Assembly: GCA_964349125.1 (NCBI GenBank)
Contig: CAYGFH010000003.1
Span: forward strand, 103,194 to 167,193
Length of the DNA stretch: 64,000 nt
Reading direction: 5' to 3'
From: an uncultured Gammaproteobacteria bacterium
Lineage (GTDB): Bacteria; Patescibacteriota; Microgenomatia; UBA10105; UBA927
A program made the translations under genes and the position numbers. The notes below the pieces were generated by a model that worked only from the letters and a program-made list of their open reading frames with translations, made no database searches and was not told where the DNA came from. Positions 49,406 to 59,373 of this stretch are shown here, one piece after another. The number at the start of each line of letters is the position of its first letter. Position 1 is the first letter of the stretch.

Positions 49406-50587
49406 TTACAACACCGCCGCCTTGGCATGTGATTTTGCCAGAATTTTCATAGATAGGGCAGCGCACAGCAATGTTGCCATACTGGCTGCAAAAAATGGCA
49501 ACGGAGTGCTGAACGTAGTAAGTGCCCCTCCGACAATCGGGCCGACTATCATGCCGACACTCATGTAGGATGAATTTACCCCCTGTATCGCCCCCTGAGA
49601 ATGCGCATCGACTTCTTTGGATAGCAGTGTCTGGATAAGCGGATTTATGAAGGCGTTGGCAAACGCATGAAACACAGATACGACAAGGAGCATTGGGTAC
49701 GATGTGACAAAGAAAAATCCGAGGAGAGTCACCATTTCCACAAACAATGCATTTCGAAATACGAGCGTATCCCGTACCCGCTTCATAACCCGTGGAATCA
49801 CAAACGCCTGCGCGATAAGTCCGATAAACCCAATAAGTGTAAAATTCATGGATATTTCAACCGGTGTAAGCCCTAAGACTTTTACGGAAAGCGGCTGATA
49901 CCCATAGATAAACATCGAAAATGCGAGAGAATATATAAATGAGACAAGTAGTGTCGTCCCAACATTCGGATCAACAAGGGCGTGGATGAGGTGTCTAAAA
50001 TCAAAAACCGATCCCTTTTTCGCCACTCCCATATGCTGATTTGTTTCCGGCAAGAGCCAGACCGTCAACACCGTAGCCAACAGTGACACACTCCCCGCAA
50101 TAATAAACGGCACATGAGCACCATACCTGAAGGTAAATGCGGAAATAGCCGGGCCAAATATAAATCCGAATCCGAATGCAGCACCCATAATGCCAAAACC
50201 CTTTGCCCTGTCCTCCGGTTTTGTGGTGTCTGATATAACAGCTGATGCAACCGGGATATTTCCAGCCGTAATACCATCAAGGGCTCGAGCGATAAACAGA
50301 AATATGGCACCAGGGGCAAATGCCATCATAAAGAACGATATCGCAGTTCCCGCTGTGGAAATAACAAGCAACGGTTTACGACCATATATATCTGACAACT
50401 TACCAATGACAGGTGTTGCGATAAATTGACAAAGAGAAAATATCGAGAAGAGTAATCCGTTCTGGAAGTCAGTAAGGCCAAACTTTTGCGAATAGGAATA
50501 TAAAACAGGAATTATAATGCCATACCCGAGCGCATTGACGACAGCGATAATGGCTATAATTATAAGATTTTTATTATTTTTGAACAT
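49406..50587 (-). CDS. MFS transporter
   Basis: 12 TM helices; GKLSDIYGRKP motif. Confidence 0.8.
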   Translation of the reverse strand: MFKNNKNLIIIAIIAVVNALGYGIIIPVLYSYSQKFGLTDFQNGLLFSIFSLCQFIATPVIGKLSDIYGRKPLLVISTAGTAISFFMMAFAPGAIFLFIARALDGITAGNIPVASAVISDTTKPEDRAKGFGIMGAAFGFGFIFGPAISAFTFRYGAHVPFIIAGSVSLLATVLTVWLLPETNQHMGVAKKGSVFDFRHLIHALVDPNVGTTLLVSFIYSLAFSMFIYGYQPLSVKVLGLTPVEISMNFTLIGFIGLIAQAFVIPRVMKRVRDTLVFRNALFVEMVTLLGFFFVTSYPMLLVVSVFHAFANAFINPLIQTLLSKEVDAHSQGAIQGVNSSYMSVGMIVGPIVGGALTTFSTPLPFFAASMATLLCAALSMKILAKSHAKAAVL

Positions 50588-50676
50588 ACTCTAGTGTATC
50601 ATACCGCACCTGTACCGTTTTCGTATTTTGCTATGGGATTGACAAAATATATGATCACATGGAAGAATGTACCTAT

Positions 50677-51066
50677 ATGAATAAAAATATGTTATTAGTC
50701 GGCAGTCTGGTACTTATTGTTCTGGCAATCGGTATGGTTGCAATCCTTGATAAAACAACCTCATCAAAAGATGGCTCCACAGATGTCCGAGCACGCGCCG
50801 CGACAGCAAAAGATCTCCAAGTTAACGCAGTGGTGGAATCGGTTGATGAAGCAACAGGAACTATCACAGTACAGAATCTCTACTTTGCAGATACCAGCCG
50901 CGCCGGAGATGCTAAAGATATGGGAACATGGATCGTAACTCCGCCATCAGGATTTGTCCTATCGACATTGACACCGGGCACAAAAGTTGCCATCGGTGTG
51001 GACTCAAAGACCTTCCTTGCGATCAAAAGAACGCTTACCGCCAATACGATTACGCAGATTAAGTAA
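50677..51066 (+). CDS. Secreted/anchored hypothetical protein
   Basis: N-terminal TM/signal (MNKNMLLVGSLVLIVLAIGMV). Confidence 0.4.
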   Translation: MNKNMLLVGSLVLIVLAIGMVAILDKTTSSKDGSTDVRARAATAKDLQVNAVVESVDEATGTITVQNLYFADTSRAGDAKDMGTWIVTPPSGFVLSTLTPGTKVAIGVDSKTFLAIKRTLTANTITQIK

Positions 51067-51080
51067 GTGTAGCGTGTAGG

Positions 51081-52535
51081 TTAGATATGTTTGGCAGTGG
51101 ACCCTGTTTTGGTATCCACTACGGAATACCCTCTAGACTCTATTTCTTTGCGGATCTTGTCTGCCTCGGTAAACTGTTTCGCTGCTTTGGCTTCCTGACG
51201 TTTGGCCAGTAAGCTTCGAATATCATCGGGAACACTATCTGAAGACGTATCCTTTGCTACCGCTTCTCTCGAGCTCTTTTGCGCTTTCGCATACACCTGC
51301 AACCCCAAGACAGAATCAAACATATGTAAGAGAGATAGTTTTTCTTCTGCAATAAGAACGTCTGATTTCATTGTCCTCCACAGCGCCGCAAGCGCTCTAG
51401 GAGTGTTCAGATCATCTTCCAATGCCGCAATAAATTCTTCTTTCATGCCGATTGCAACGTTTGAGTACTGCACCTCATTTTCCGCGGGATGGTAGCTGCT
51501 GTTTTCCATAAGACCTGCCATGCGTGCGATAAGATCTATATAGGCATTATTCGCAGCTCCGAGTGCTTCCCATGTGAAATTGAGCGGCTTTCTATATTGA
51601 GCTGAGAGATAGAGATAGCGAAGTGACAGCAAATCAAACCCTTTTTCCCGCACATCATCTATGGTATAAAAATTTCCCAGAGATTTACTCATCTTTTTTC
51701 CGTCTACCATCAGAAATGCGTGATGGACCCAGTACCGTACAAACTGCTTTCCGGTAGCGGCTTCACTTTGGGCTATCTCATTGGGATGATGCACGGGAAT
51801 ATGATCAATACCACCTGTATGAATATCTATGGTATCGCCCAGATACCGCATACTCATAGCGGAACACTCGATGTGCCATCCCGGGAATCCGTCACCCCAC
51901 GGACTGTCCCAGTGCATAGCGTGATCCGAAAACCTGCCAACGCGTTTAAACCATAGTGCGAAATCGATGGGATTTTTTTTATGCTTACCCGTCTGCACTT
52001 CATCACGCACCGCCGTCAGTTTGTCTTCCAATTTCTGTCCAAACAGATCCCCATATGTCGGGAATTTAGCAACGTCAAAATAGACTGCTTCCGGAGTATC
52101 GTATGCATATCCGTTGTCTATCAGTGTGTGGATAAGTTTTATCTGATCGGGTATATGATCGGTGGCTTTGCAGCTAACTGTAGGACGCAGATTGCCAAGC
52201 GCGTCCATGGTTTGGAAAAAATGGTCGGCGTAATAGGCAGCAACGTCCCATACAGTTTTCCCGTATTTCTTCGCGCCCTTTTCCATCTTGTCTTCACCTT
52301 CATCGCTATCTGAGGATAAATGCCCGACATCAGTAATGTTTTGGACATGGATAACCTGATATCCTTTGTACTCAAGCAGGCGCCTCAAGATATCATCGCC
52401 CACATATTTTTTACCATGGCCGATGTGTGCAAAATCATAGACAGTCATTCCACACGTATAGAGTCCTACCTTGGGAGGATTAAGGGGAGTAAATTCTTCG
52501 ACGGACCGCGACAGTGTATTGTAGAGATGAATCAT
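51081..52535 (-). CDS. cysS: Cysteinyl-tRNA synthetase
   Basis: HIGH, KMSKS and Zn-ligand residues. 484 aa. Confidence 0.93.
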   Translation of the reverse strand: MIHLYNTLSRSVEEFTPLNPPKVGLYTCGMTVYDFAHIGHGKKYVGDDILRRLLEYKGYQVIHVQNITDVGHLSSDSDEGEDKMEKGAKKYGKTVWDVAAYYADHFFQTMDALGNLRPTVSCKATDHIPDQIKLIHTLIDNGYAYDTPEAVYFDVAKFPTYGDLFGQKLEDKLTAVRDEVQTGKHKKNPIDFALWFKRVGRFSDHAMHWDSPWGDGFPGWHIECSAMSMRYLGDTIDIHTGGIDHIPVHHPNEIAQSEAATGKQFVRYWVHHAFLMVDGKKMSKSLGNFYTIDDVREKGFDLLSLRYLYLSAQYRKPLNFTWEALGAANNAYIDLIARMAGLMENSSYHPAENEVQYSNVAIGMKEEFIAALEDDLNTPRALAALWRTMKSDVLIAEEKLSLLHMFDSVLGLQVYAKAQKSSREAVAKDTSSDSVPDDIRSLLAKRQEAKAAKQFTEADKIRKEIESRGYSVVDTKTGSTAKHI

Positions 52536-52588
52536 GGGTCTAGCTTACTATCAAAACCCGGTATTTTCAATGCATCTGTGCATCAAAC

Positions 52589-54223
52589 TTACCGTCTCTC
52601 ATAGATATTCCAGATTTTTCTGAGTGTTTCTCCCCTATCCCGAATGGTTGCACTTGGCGTCGATTGCGGGTGGCATGAATCCCGAGTAATGTACAATGTC
52701 CCTGCGGGTAACTCTGAATTGGGATCAAATGTTACGGGAGTATCTCCCAGACAGTCCTCCAACAAAGATACATTTCCGATTGTATACGGCGGCATTCGCG
52801 TATTCCAGGCATGGGTGATGTCTTCCAATGAGATGCGGTTATATACCGCGTATTGGAACATAAACATTTTTCCGGCCTTGCCTATGTATACCCGATCGTA
52901 TCTGTGTTTCAGTATACCTGCAATTTCTGCTACATCCCTAGAACTGGCAAACCAGTATTCTGCTCCGGTCACCTTATACCGATAAAAATACAGGTACGTG
53001 TACGCAGCAACCGAAAAGCAGTATCCGATGATCACTGCGACTGAAAAACTGCGAGCAAACAGTGTACGGTTCACGTAACACCAGGAAAATACCTGATAAA
53101 ATCCCATACCCCAAAAGATCATGAGAAACGGAAGCATGAAAATGCCGCGAAGCGCATAGGATACATCTATGGTCAACGTCGAGGGCAACGGGGCGAGCAT
53201 GAGAGACCCAAACAGAAGTACATTTAACTTCACTGAACCGCGTCTAAGCAGGTACGCAACACCGGACAGCAACAGTCCTATATCGATGAGATATAACATG
53301 CCATGCCGGTATGACCCATAAATGCCACCTTCTCCATATACAAACAAGAACTGAGGCGTGAAGGCCTGTATGTATCTGTGGAGCAATTGATTTGTATAAT
53401 TTGTGAGTTTGTTTGAGAAGATTGAACGAAGCCACAACGGACCGCTGCTATACTCGCGTTCCATATCTACTTCCCTGCTGATTTTTGGGATGTCCGGCCA
53501 CAACAACACCTGTTGTCTGGTAATGGACTGCGCGCGAAGCACATACACGAATGATCCGAGTATAATCATACATAGTATAGTAAACTGTATAACGTTGCGG
53601 CGTTGTTTCTCCCACAATTCTTTCCCGTAGAGCACCATAAGTAGCGGCAATCCAACAATCCAATAGATCTTAGTAGCATGATAGGAATAGAATGACAGCG
53701 TAATCCACGGAATCGACCAGAGGATATTGCCCTTCCGTACCTGCACTATAAATACGTAGAGTGACAACAAAAATAAAAATGTGATTGGCCCATCATATGC
53801 TCCGTGATTCATATGGATATGCCACGGTGATATGGCAAGCCCCAGCATGCTGGACATGGCAACCCAGGTATTGCCCGTAAGCTCGTGCACTAATGCGAAT
53901 AACAGAATAACGCCCAAAAGTGATAAGAGCGCAAACGGCATGCGAAGCCCATACGCATTCGCCCCAAACAGTGCCACAAACGGTGCATCCATGTAAATGG
54001 CAACCGGTCCGTACGAATTATCCAGATTGAATGTCAACGGAAGAAATCTTCCATCCAGTGACCGGAGATTCCTGCTTATGGAATATGAGGAATAGATGGA
54101 ACCACCCTCATCGTTGGTGATCCCAATTGGCACTGAACCTATTTGCCAAAATCTAAAAAATGCCGCTATTGCGAGTATCGCGATGTAAACATAGAGCTGT
54201 ACGCGCGTCATAGATAGTCGCAT
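52589..54223 (-). CDS. GT-C glycosyltransferase, family 39/83-like (ArnT/PMT-type)
   Basis: About 12 TM helices. N-terminal loop with ITNDEGGSIYSSYSI (DE motif). Confidence 0.55.
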   Translation of the reverse strand: MRLSMTRVQLYVYIAILAIAAFFRFWQIGSVPIGITNDEGGSIYSSYSISRNLRSLDGRFLPLTFNLDNSYGPVAIYMDAPFVALFGANAYGLRMPFALLSLLGVILLFALVHELTGNTWVAMSSMLGLAISPWHIHMNHGAYDGPITFLFLLSLYVFIVQVRKGNILWSIPWITLSFYSYHATKIYWIVGLPLLMVLYGKELWEKQRRNVIQFTILCMIILGSFVYVLRAQSITRQQVLLWPDIPKISREVDMEREYSSGPLWLRSIFSNKLTNYTNQLLHRYIQAFTPQFLFVYGEGGIYGSYRHGMLYLIDIGLLLSGVAYLLRRGSVKLNVLLFGSLMLAPLPSTLTIDVSYALRGIFMLPFLMIFWGMGFYQVFSWCYVNRTLFARSFSVAVIIGYCFSVAAYTYLYFYRYKVTGAEYWFASSRDVAEIAGILKHRYDRVYIGKAGKMFMFQYAVYNRISLEDITHAWNTRMPPYTIGNVSLLEDCLGDTPVTFDPNSELPAGTLYITRDSCHPQSTPSATIRDRGETLRKIWNIYERR

Positions 54224-54288
54224 AGTACATCATGTGGTGATATATGTTAAGTGAAAAAAATGCGGAGTGCGCCGTGAAATCCGGTTCT

Positions 54289-54774
54289 CTAATCCTGTCT
54301 GAGGCTTTTGTTTTCCATGGCCGTTGATTTGGCCTTCTTCCCATACAGATCTCCCCGAGGACGCTTAGCCGAAGAAACAGGCAATGCCTGTGCGTCATTT
54401 TGCGCTTTTTGCTGTGACTGCATCTGCTTCTTTTGCTCCTGCTCCTGCTGCAGTCTTTCCCAAATGGAAGGTTCCCGCTGTTTTTTGATCGTTCCACCTG
54501 ACAACTCTTCCAGCGCTCTTCTTGCTATCTGGCGCTTAATCTGCACATCTTTTTCCGTGCCGATCTGATCCCACGCGCTTTGTTTACCAGCGCTTTCGGG
54601 AGTATTTGACTGAACTGTGAATTTGGCACTGCCAGGCTTTGTGCCGCTTGAGGCACCCATACTTTCCAGCGCTTTGCCCACGATATCTTTAGGGATTTGT
54701 GTCACCTGTTTACCGACATCCTTAGCAATAGCCCCTAATTCACCGGCTATTTGTGATCCGAGATTATTGTTCAT
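54289..54774 (-). CDS. Hypothetical Gln/Lys-rich protein
   Basis: Low-complexity 161 aa ORF. Confidence 0.3.
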   Translation of the reverse strand: MNNNLGSQIAGELGAIAKDVGKQVTQIPKDIVGKALESMGASSGTKPGSAKFTVQSNTPESAGKQSAWDQIGTEKDVQIKRQIARRALEELSGGTIKKQREPSIWERLQQEQEQKKQMQSQQKAQNDAQALPVSSAKRPRGDLYGKKAKSTAMENKSLRQD

Positions 54775-54810
54775 ATCCTTCTTGTCTTCCCCGACCAGTT
54801 CGGGAATCTC

Positions 54811-55101
54811 TCATACTAGCTTATCATATAAATCCATGAATGTCGGATTCTGATTTTTAATCAGGTGTAACTTCCAATCACGCTTCCAATGTTTGAGTTG
54901 TTTTTCTCTTTCAATAGCTCTTTGTATATCCAAATATTCTTCGTAATATACTAACTTTGATATGTTATATTTCTTCGTGAAACCGTCAGCAATTTTTTGT
55001 CGGTGCTCCATGACACGACGCCATAAATTATTCGTAACTCCAATATAAAGCATAGGGCGATTATTCGCCAATATATAGATAAAATAGTGTCGTACTGACA
55101 T
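54811..55101 (-). CDS. GIY-YIG nuclease superfamily protein (UPF0213-like)
   Basis: YFIYILANNRPMLYIGVTNNLWRRVMEH...GFTKKYNISKLVYYEEY matches the GIY-YIG motif. Hairpin repeats lie immediately upstream. Confidence 0.8.
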   Translation of the reverse strand: MSVRHYFIYILANNRPMLYIGVTNNLWRRVMEHRQKIADGFTKKYNISKLVYYEEYLDIQRAIEREKQLKHWKRDWKLHLIKNQNPTFMDLYDKLV

Positions 55102-55105
55102 ATTC

Positions 55106-55175
55106 GAGCAGATCCTCGCTTTCGCAAGGATGACAACTCCCTATAGAGCAGATCCTCGCTTTCGCAAGGATGACA
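55106..55175. repeat. Two tandem copies of the CAGATCCTCGCTTTCGCAAGGATGACA hairpin repeat
   Basis: Copies at 55106-55135 and 55146-55175, separated by 10 nt. Stem ATCCTCGC / GCAAGGAT with a TTTC loop. Confidence 0.8.
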
Positions 55176-55176
55176 C

Positions 55177-55479
55177 TCAGAGAAAGCCAAGCTGCATTTT
55201 AGCTTCTTCGCTCATTTTATCCGGAGACCATGGAGGCTCAAAAGTGAGATCTATTGTTATAACTCCTATGCCCTTGAGTTTGCCAACTTGGTCACGAATG
55301 GGTGCTTCTATCTGATCAAATAACGGACACCCTATTGATGTGAGCGTCATAAGAATGCGTACATTATTTTTGGGATCCACCTCAACATCATACACGAGCC
55401 CCAGTGAAAAAATAGAAATTCCGATCTCCGGATCAGGTATATCGTCCAAAATTTTTTCGATTTGCTGTTTGGTTATCAT
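55177..55479 (-). CDS. DUF59 / MIP18-family Fe-S cluster assembly protein (SufT-like)
   Basis: 100 aa. LTSIGCPLFDQIEAPI matches the DUF59 conserved Cys region. Confidence 0.7.
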   Translation of the reverse strand: MITKQQIEKILDDIPDPEIGISIFSLGLVYDVEVDPKNNVRILMTLTSIGCPLFDQIEAPIRDQVGKLKGIGVITIDLTFEPPWSPDKMSEEAKMQLGFL

Positions 55480-55522
55480 AGTTTTTTGTATTGTCTTTCC
55501 CGAGTGTATACGTGGCCAATAC

Positions 55523-55552
55523 GAACAGATCCTCGCCTTCGCAAGGATGACA
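55523..55552. repeat. Hairpin repeat copy
   Basis: GAACAGATCCTCGCCTTCGCAAGGATGACA. Confidence 0.8.
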
Positions 55553-55559
55553 ATACGTT

Positions 55560-56240
55560 TTAATAATCTCGACGGCCCTCCAATGCCCTTGAAAGCGTGA
55601 TTTCATCAGCATACTCGATATCTGCTCCCATGGGAAGTCCATGCGCCAATCTGGTTATCCTGGTTGTGGAGCCTTGATGTGACTGTCGAGCAGCCAGCTG
55701 TTTTTGGATATACATACTGGTGGCCTCGCCTTCCATATTTGGATTGAGTGCGAGTATGATCTCGGAAATGCCCGTAGGATTTCTGTCTAAACGTTTAAAC
55801 AGATCCTCCATGTAAATTTCATCCGGACCGATATTGTTCAAGGGATCGATTGACCCGTGAAGCACGTGGTACACACCTGTAAATTTTCCCGTCTTTTCGA
55901 TGGACAGCACATCGGTTGGCTGCTCCACCACACAGATAAGAGAAGTATCGCGTTTATCGTCGCCACATATCGTGCATGGATCCGATTCCCAAACGTTTTT
56001 GCATATACTGCACAGCACGGTGTTGCGTTTAAGATCCGATATATTTTTTGCAAATGCATCCAATTCTTCCTGAGGCACATGCAGCAGGTAAAACGCCAGT
56101 CGCGTTGCTGTCTTTGGCCCCACTCCCGGTAACCGGTGAAAACTGTCTATGAGTTTTGAAATAGGTTTAGGAAGAATATTCATATGCGCTTCCGATGTCA
56201 TCCCCGATCTGATCGTGGATCCAAAAATATTTTCAAACAC
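55560..56240 (-). CDS. recR: Recombination protein RecR
   Basis: HhH (LPGVGPKTATRLAFYLL), C4 zinc finger and a Toprim domain. Confidence 0.9.
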   Translation of the reverse strand: MFENIFGSTIRSGMTSEAHMNILPKPISKLIDSFHRLPGVGPKTATRLAFYLLHVPQEELDAFAKNISDLKRNTVLCSICKNVWESDPCTICGDDKRDTSLICVVEQPTDVLSIEKTGKFTGVYHVLHGSIDPLNNIGPDEIYMEDLFKRLDRNPTGISEIILALNPNMEGEATSMYIQKQLAARQSHQGSTTRITRLAHGLPMGADIEYADEITLSRALEGRRDY

Positions 56241-56243
56241 TAG

Positions 56244-56268
56244 ATTCCCGCATTCGCAGGAATGACAA
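56244..56268. repeat. Degenerate hairpin repeat copy
   Basis: GATTCCCGCATTCGCAGGAATGACA. Confidence 0.6.
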
Positions 56269-56277
56269 GAGTATAGT

Positions 56278-57192
56278 TTACCTCACCAATGTGGATATTG
56301 CACCCGCGAGCAGTGATGCAATAGACACCTGACGGAGTTTTGGAAACTTTTTATCTCCTACGATGTTTATGGAATTTGTAACAAGCACGGTATCAATCGG
56401 TGCATGGGAAAGCTTTTCAACCGCTTCTCCCGCAAGCACCCCATGAGTTGCAGCCACTACTATGCTTGTGGCGCCGGCTTCCTTGAGTGACTCGGCTGCA
56501 TGGGCGATGGTACCACCCGTGGAGATAATATCGTCTACGATAATCGCTGTTTTATCGTTTACGTCTCCGATAATCTGATACGATTCGCTTGTATCATGCT
56601 TATCCAAAAATCTGCGCTTCTCCATGACAACCATGGGCATATCAAGCAAATATGCCATGTTTCGTGCGCGCTTTACCCCACCGACATCCGGAGAGATAAC
56701 AATACCGTTTTGAATGTTCATCTTTTTTACCTCATCGGCCAGAGTTGCCAGTGCGGAGACATGCGTCACAGGAATCTGGAAAAATCCGACGATAGCATCG
56801 TTATGTAGATCTGTGGCGATAATTTCGTCAAACTGTGTAGTCTCTATAAATTTTGCGATAACACGCGCAGAGACAGGCTCACCTATCCTGTGCAGCTTGT
56901 CCTGTCGTGAGTATCCCATATACGGAATAACCGCGATAACCTGTTTCGGGGCACATCTATGAATCGCGTCTCCCATAAGCACCAGTTCCATGATGTGCTC
57001 ATCCATGGGATATGCCAGTGATTGCAGCACAATGACGGTCTTATCACGTATGTCATCCTGGATCCACGGGCGCATTTCCCCATCGGCAAAACGGGTAAGT
57101 TCCACGGTCCCAAGCGAGATATTCAGTGCATGTGCAATCTCATGTGCAAGGGGTAAATTACTGGATCCGGAATACAGGATATAGTCTTTCAT
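56278..57192 (-). CDS. prs: Ribose-phosphate pyrophosphokinase
   Basis: PRPP synthetase N- and C-terminal domains with a PRPP-binding loop. Confidence 0.9.
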   Translation of the reverse strand: MKDYILYSGSSNLPLAHEIAHALNISLGTVELTRFADGEMRPWIQDDIRDKTVIVLQSLAYPMDEHIMELVLMGDAIHRCAPKQVIAVIPYMGYSRQDKLHRIGEPVSARVIAKFIETTQFDEIIATDLHNDAIVGFFQIPVTHVSALATLADEVKKMNIQNGIVISPDVGGVKRARNMAYLLDMPMVVMEKRRFLDKHDTSESYQIIGDVNDKTAIIVDDIISTGGTIAHAAESLKEAGATSIVVAATHGVLAGEAVEKLSHAPIDTVLVTNSINIVGDKKFPKLRQVSIASLLAGAISTLVR

Positions 57193-57251
57193 AGGAATAA
57201 CGATACACCAAAAAAAATAAATTCACAACAGGGGTGAACACCGCTACTTCC

Positions 57252-57953
57252 TCAGGATGTCAGAAGATGAAGCACTTTCGGATCCATGAGGGAGTCAGTC
57301 AGGATATCCGGATTTTCTGCCGCGAGCACCGTAGGATCTCCATGCATACCGGTCGTGACTGCTATGGTATGTGCGCCAATAGCTTTACCGCACCTGATAT
57401 CGTGGATAGTATCTCCAATTACGACTATATCCTTTGGACTAAATTGTCTGTGTAAATCCCGTTTTGATTCATCGAATACCCTGGAGGCAAGTTCAATTCT
57501 GTTGGTTGCGTCGTCACCGTACATGCCAAATTGAAACAGGTCTCCGTATCCTGCGTGCGATAACTTCCAAAGGGCTATCTTCATGGCATTACCAGTCAAA
57601 ACCCCACGAATAACGGTCGGATGTTTGGCAGCAAGGAGCTCTACCAGCTGCTTTGCGTCATGTATTGCCTGAAACACTTCCCCCTTACGGCTCCAGTGGA
57701 TGAGATGATCATACATAGCATCCAGATAGTGAGGATACTGTTTTTGAAATGTATCTTTATCTACACCATGTGACTGGGATACTTCCCATGCCAATTGCCA
57801 CTCTACATTTCCATTATGCTTTTCCAAGTTGTCCTGAATGTCCAAGCCATATGCGAGTTTAAAACCGTACATATACTGCTCTTCCCACCTACGCGGACCC
57901 ACATGATATGTGAGTGTGCCATCGATATCGAAGAGAATGAGTTTCGAGTTCAT
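57252..57953 (-). CDS. HAD-family hydrolase (phosphoglycolate-phosphatase-like)
   Basis: LILFDIDGTL motif I and a GDT.HDI motif IV. Confidence 0.75.
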   Translation of the reverse strand: MNSKLILFDIDGTLTYHVGPRRWEEQYMYGFKLAYGLDIQDNLEKHNGNVEWQLAWEVSQSHGVDKDTFQKQYPHYLDAMYDHLIHWSRKGEVFQAIHDAKQLVELLAAKHPTVIRGVLTGNAMKIALWKLSHAGYGDLFQFGMYGDDATNRIELASRVFDESKRDLHRQFSPKDIVVIGDTIHDIRCGKAIGAHTIAVTTGMHGDPTVLAAENPDILTDSLMDPKVLHLLTS

Positions 57954-58040
57954 AAAGTTAAAAAGTTCATAAAGTTAGAAAGTTCGTAACGTTTATAAAG
58001 TTAGAAGGTTCGTAAAATTGACGTATACACTTTATGAACT
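57954..58040. repeat. Direct and inverted short repeats upstream of the HAD gene
   Basis: GTTCATAAAGTTA(A/G)AAA appears twice directly, then GTTCGTAA units. An inverted copy ACTTTATGAAC lies at ~58029. Confidence 0.6.
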
Positions 58041-58067
58041 TAGTACTTTAAAAACTGAGAACTGCGA

Positions 58068-59279
58068 TTATTTTTTATATTGGCTGAGGGCAATCTTGAG
58101 CAGTTCCACGCACCGCGTGAGGTCTGTGGTGTTGAGCACATAGGCAATGCGGACTTCGTTTTTGCCCAAACCCTTTGTCGCGTAAAATCCTCCTGCGGGC
58201 GCAACCATGACTGTTTCAGCTTGCCCTGAGCTTGCCGAAGGGTGTCTGAAATCTGTAAGCAGCCATTTAGCAAAATCCTCACTATCGGAGACAGGCAGTC
58301 CGACGATGCTGTAAAACGCCCCTTCCGGCTTCGGAATGGTAACACCCGGAATATTTTTTAGACCTTCGTAGAGTACATCACGACGTCTGGCCCATTCGTC
58401 ATGCGTTTCGTCCATCCAGGATTGTGGAACTTCTGTAAGCCGGGATGCTACCTGCTGATCTATGATGCCTGATGACAGTCTCCCCTGCGCGACACGAAGG
58501 ACACCTGACATAACATCTGTGTTCAAAGAAATAAGCGTTCCAAGCCGGGCTCCGCACAGGTTGTACCGTTTTGACATACTGTCGAGCATAATTGCCTGAT
58601 TGGGGATTTCCTGCATATAGGATAAGAGTGATGTTTGCACGCGTCCATCATATGTATATTCACGATACACTTCATCAGTTAACAGGAACAAACTGTGCTC
58701 TTTGACAATGGATACTAACAACTCTGTTTCGCTTTTCGTAAATACAGTTCCCGTCGGATTGTTCGGGGAGCAGATAAGGATTGCCTTTGTTTTTTTGGTG
58801 ATGTGAGATTCTATCGTTTTTTTATCTGGTAAATGGAATCCGTCTTCAATGGATGTTCTCACCGGAACGAGCGTCACGCCGTTGACAACTGCATAGGTAT
58901 TATAATTTGCGTAAAACGGTTCAAAGACTATAACTTCATCTCCAGGTTCACAGATAGCAAATAGCGCCATCGAAATGGCTTCCGATCCGCCGCTTGTCAC
59001 CTGGATATGTGCAATGTCGAGGAATGTGGCACCGAGTGAGTGGTAATACGATTTGAGTGATTCGAGGAAAATCGGCTCACCCTGAGATAAACTGTACCCT
59101 ATCGGGTTGATGCTCCAGCTTTTGAGGACATCCATCATCACTTTCGGTGTTTCTATATCCGGATCTCCGATATTGAGGTGATAGACTTTCACTCCCTCTT
59201 TTTTTGCTGCCTGAGCAAACGGGACGAGCTTACGGATGGGAGATGCGGGAACAGCATGAAGTCGTGATGAAACCTGCAT
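58068..59279 (-). CDS. PLP-dependent aminotransferase, class I/II
   Basis: 403 aa. SKRYNLCGARLG PLP-lysine motif. Confidence 0.85.
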   Translation of the reverse strand: MQVSSRLHAVPASPIRKLVPFAQAAKKEGVKVYHLNIGDPDIETPKVMMDVLKSWSINPIGYSLSQGEPIFLESLKSYYHSLGATFLDIAHIQVTSGGSEAISMALFAICEPGDEVIVFEPFYANYNTYAVVNGVTLVPVRTSIEDGFHLPDKKTIESHITKKTKAILICSPNNPTGTVFTKSETELLVSIVKEHSLFLLTDEVYREYTYDGRVQTSLLSYMQEIPNQAIMLDSMSKRYNLCGARLGTLISLNTDVMSGVLRVAQGRLSSGIIDQQVASRLTEVPQSWMDETHDEWARRRDVLYEGLKNIPGVTIPKPEGAFYSIVGLPVSDSEDFAKWLLTDFRHPSASSGQAETVMVAPAGGFYATKGLGKNEVRIAYVLNTTDLTRCVELLKIALSQYKK

Positions 59280-59320
59280 AATCGTTAATCGTTAATCGTT
59301 AATCGTTAATCGCTAATCGT
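59280..59320. repeat. Tandem heptamer repeat (TAATCGT)n, ~6 units, abutting the aminotransferase start codon
   Basis: AATCGTT x4, then AATCGCT and AATCGT, beginning at the nucleotide after the minus-strand ATG. A partial inverted copy CGATTAGCGA lies ~40 nt further on. Confidence 0.85.
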
Positions 59321-59373
59321 ATATTTATATTGCGTTTTACGATTTGCGGTTCGCGATTAGCGAGAGTTATATC

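Noticed and set aside
55106-56268. Possible CRISPR array suggested by recurring ~27 bp hairpin repeats
   Set aside because: Spacing is irregular (10 nt, ~350 nt, ~690 nt) and whole genes lie between copies. No cas genes are nearby. One distant copy sits at 47523. This is a dispersed REP-like family, not a CRISPR array.
59280-59320. Heptamer tandem repeat considered as CRISPR or minisatellite
   Set aside because: The 7 nt unit has no spacers. It is a simple sequence repeat in a 5' UTR.
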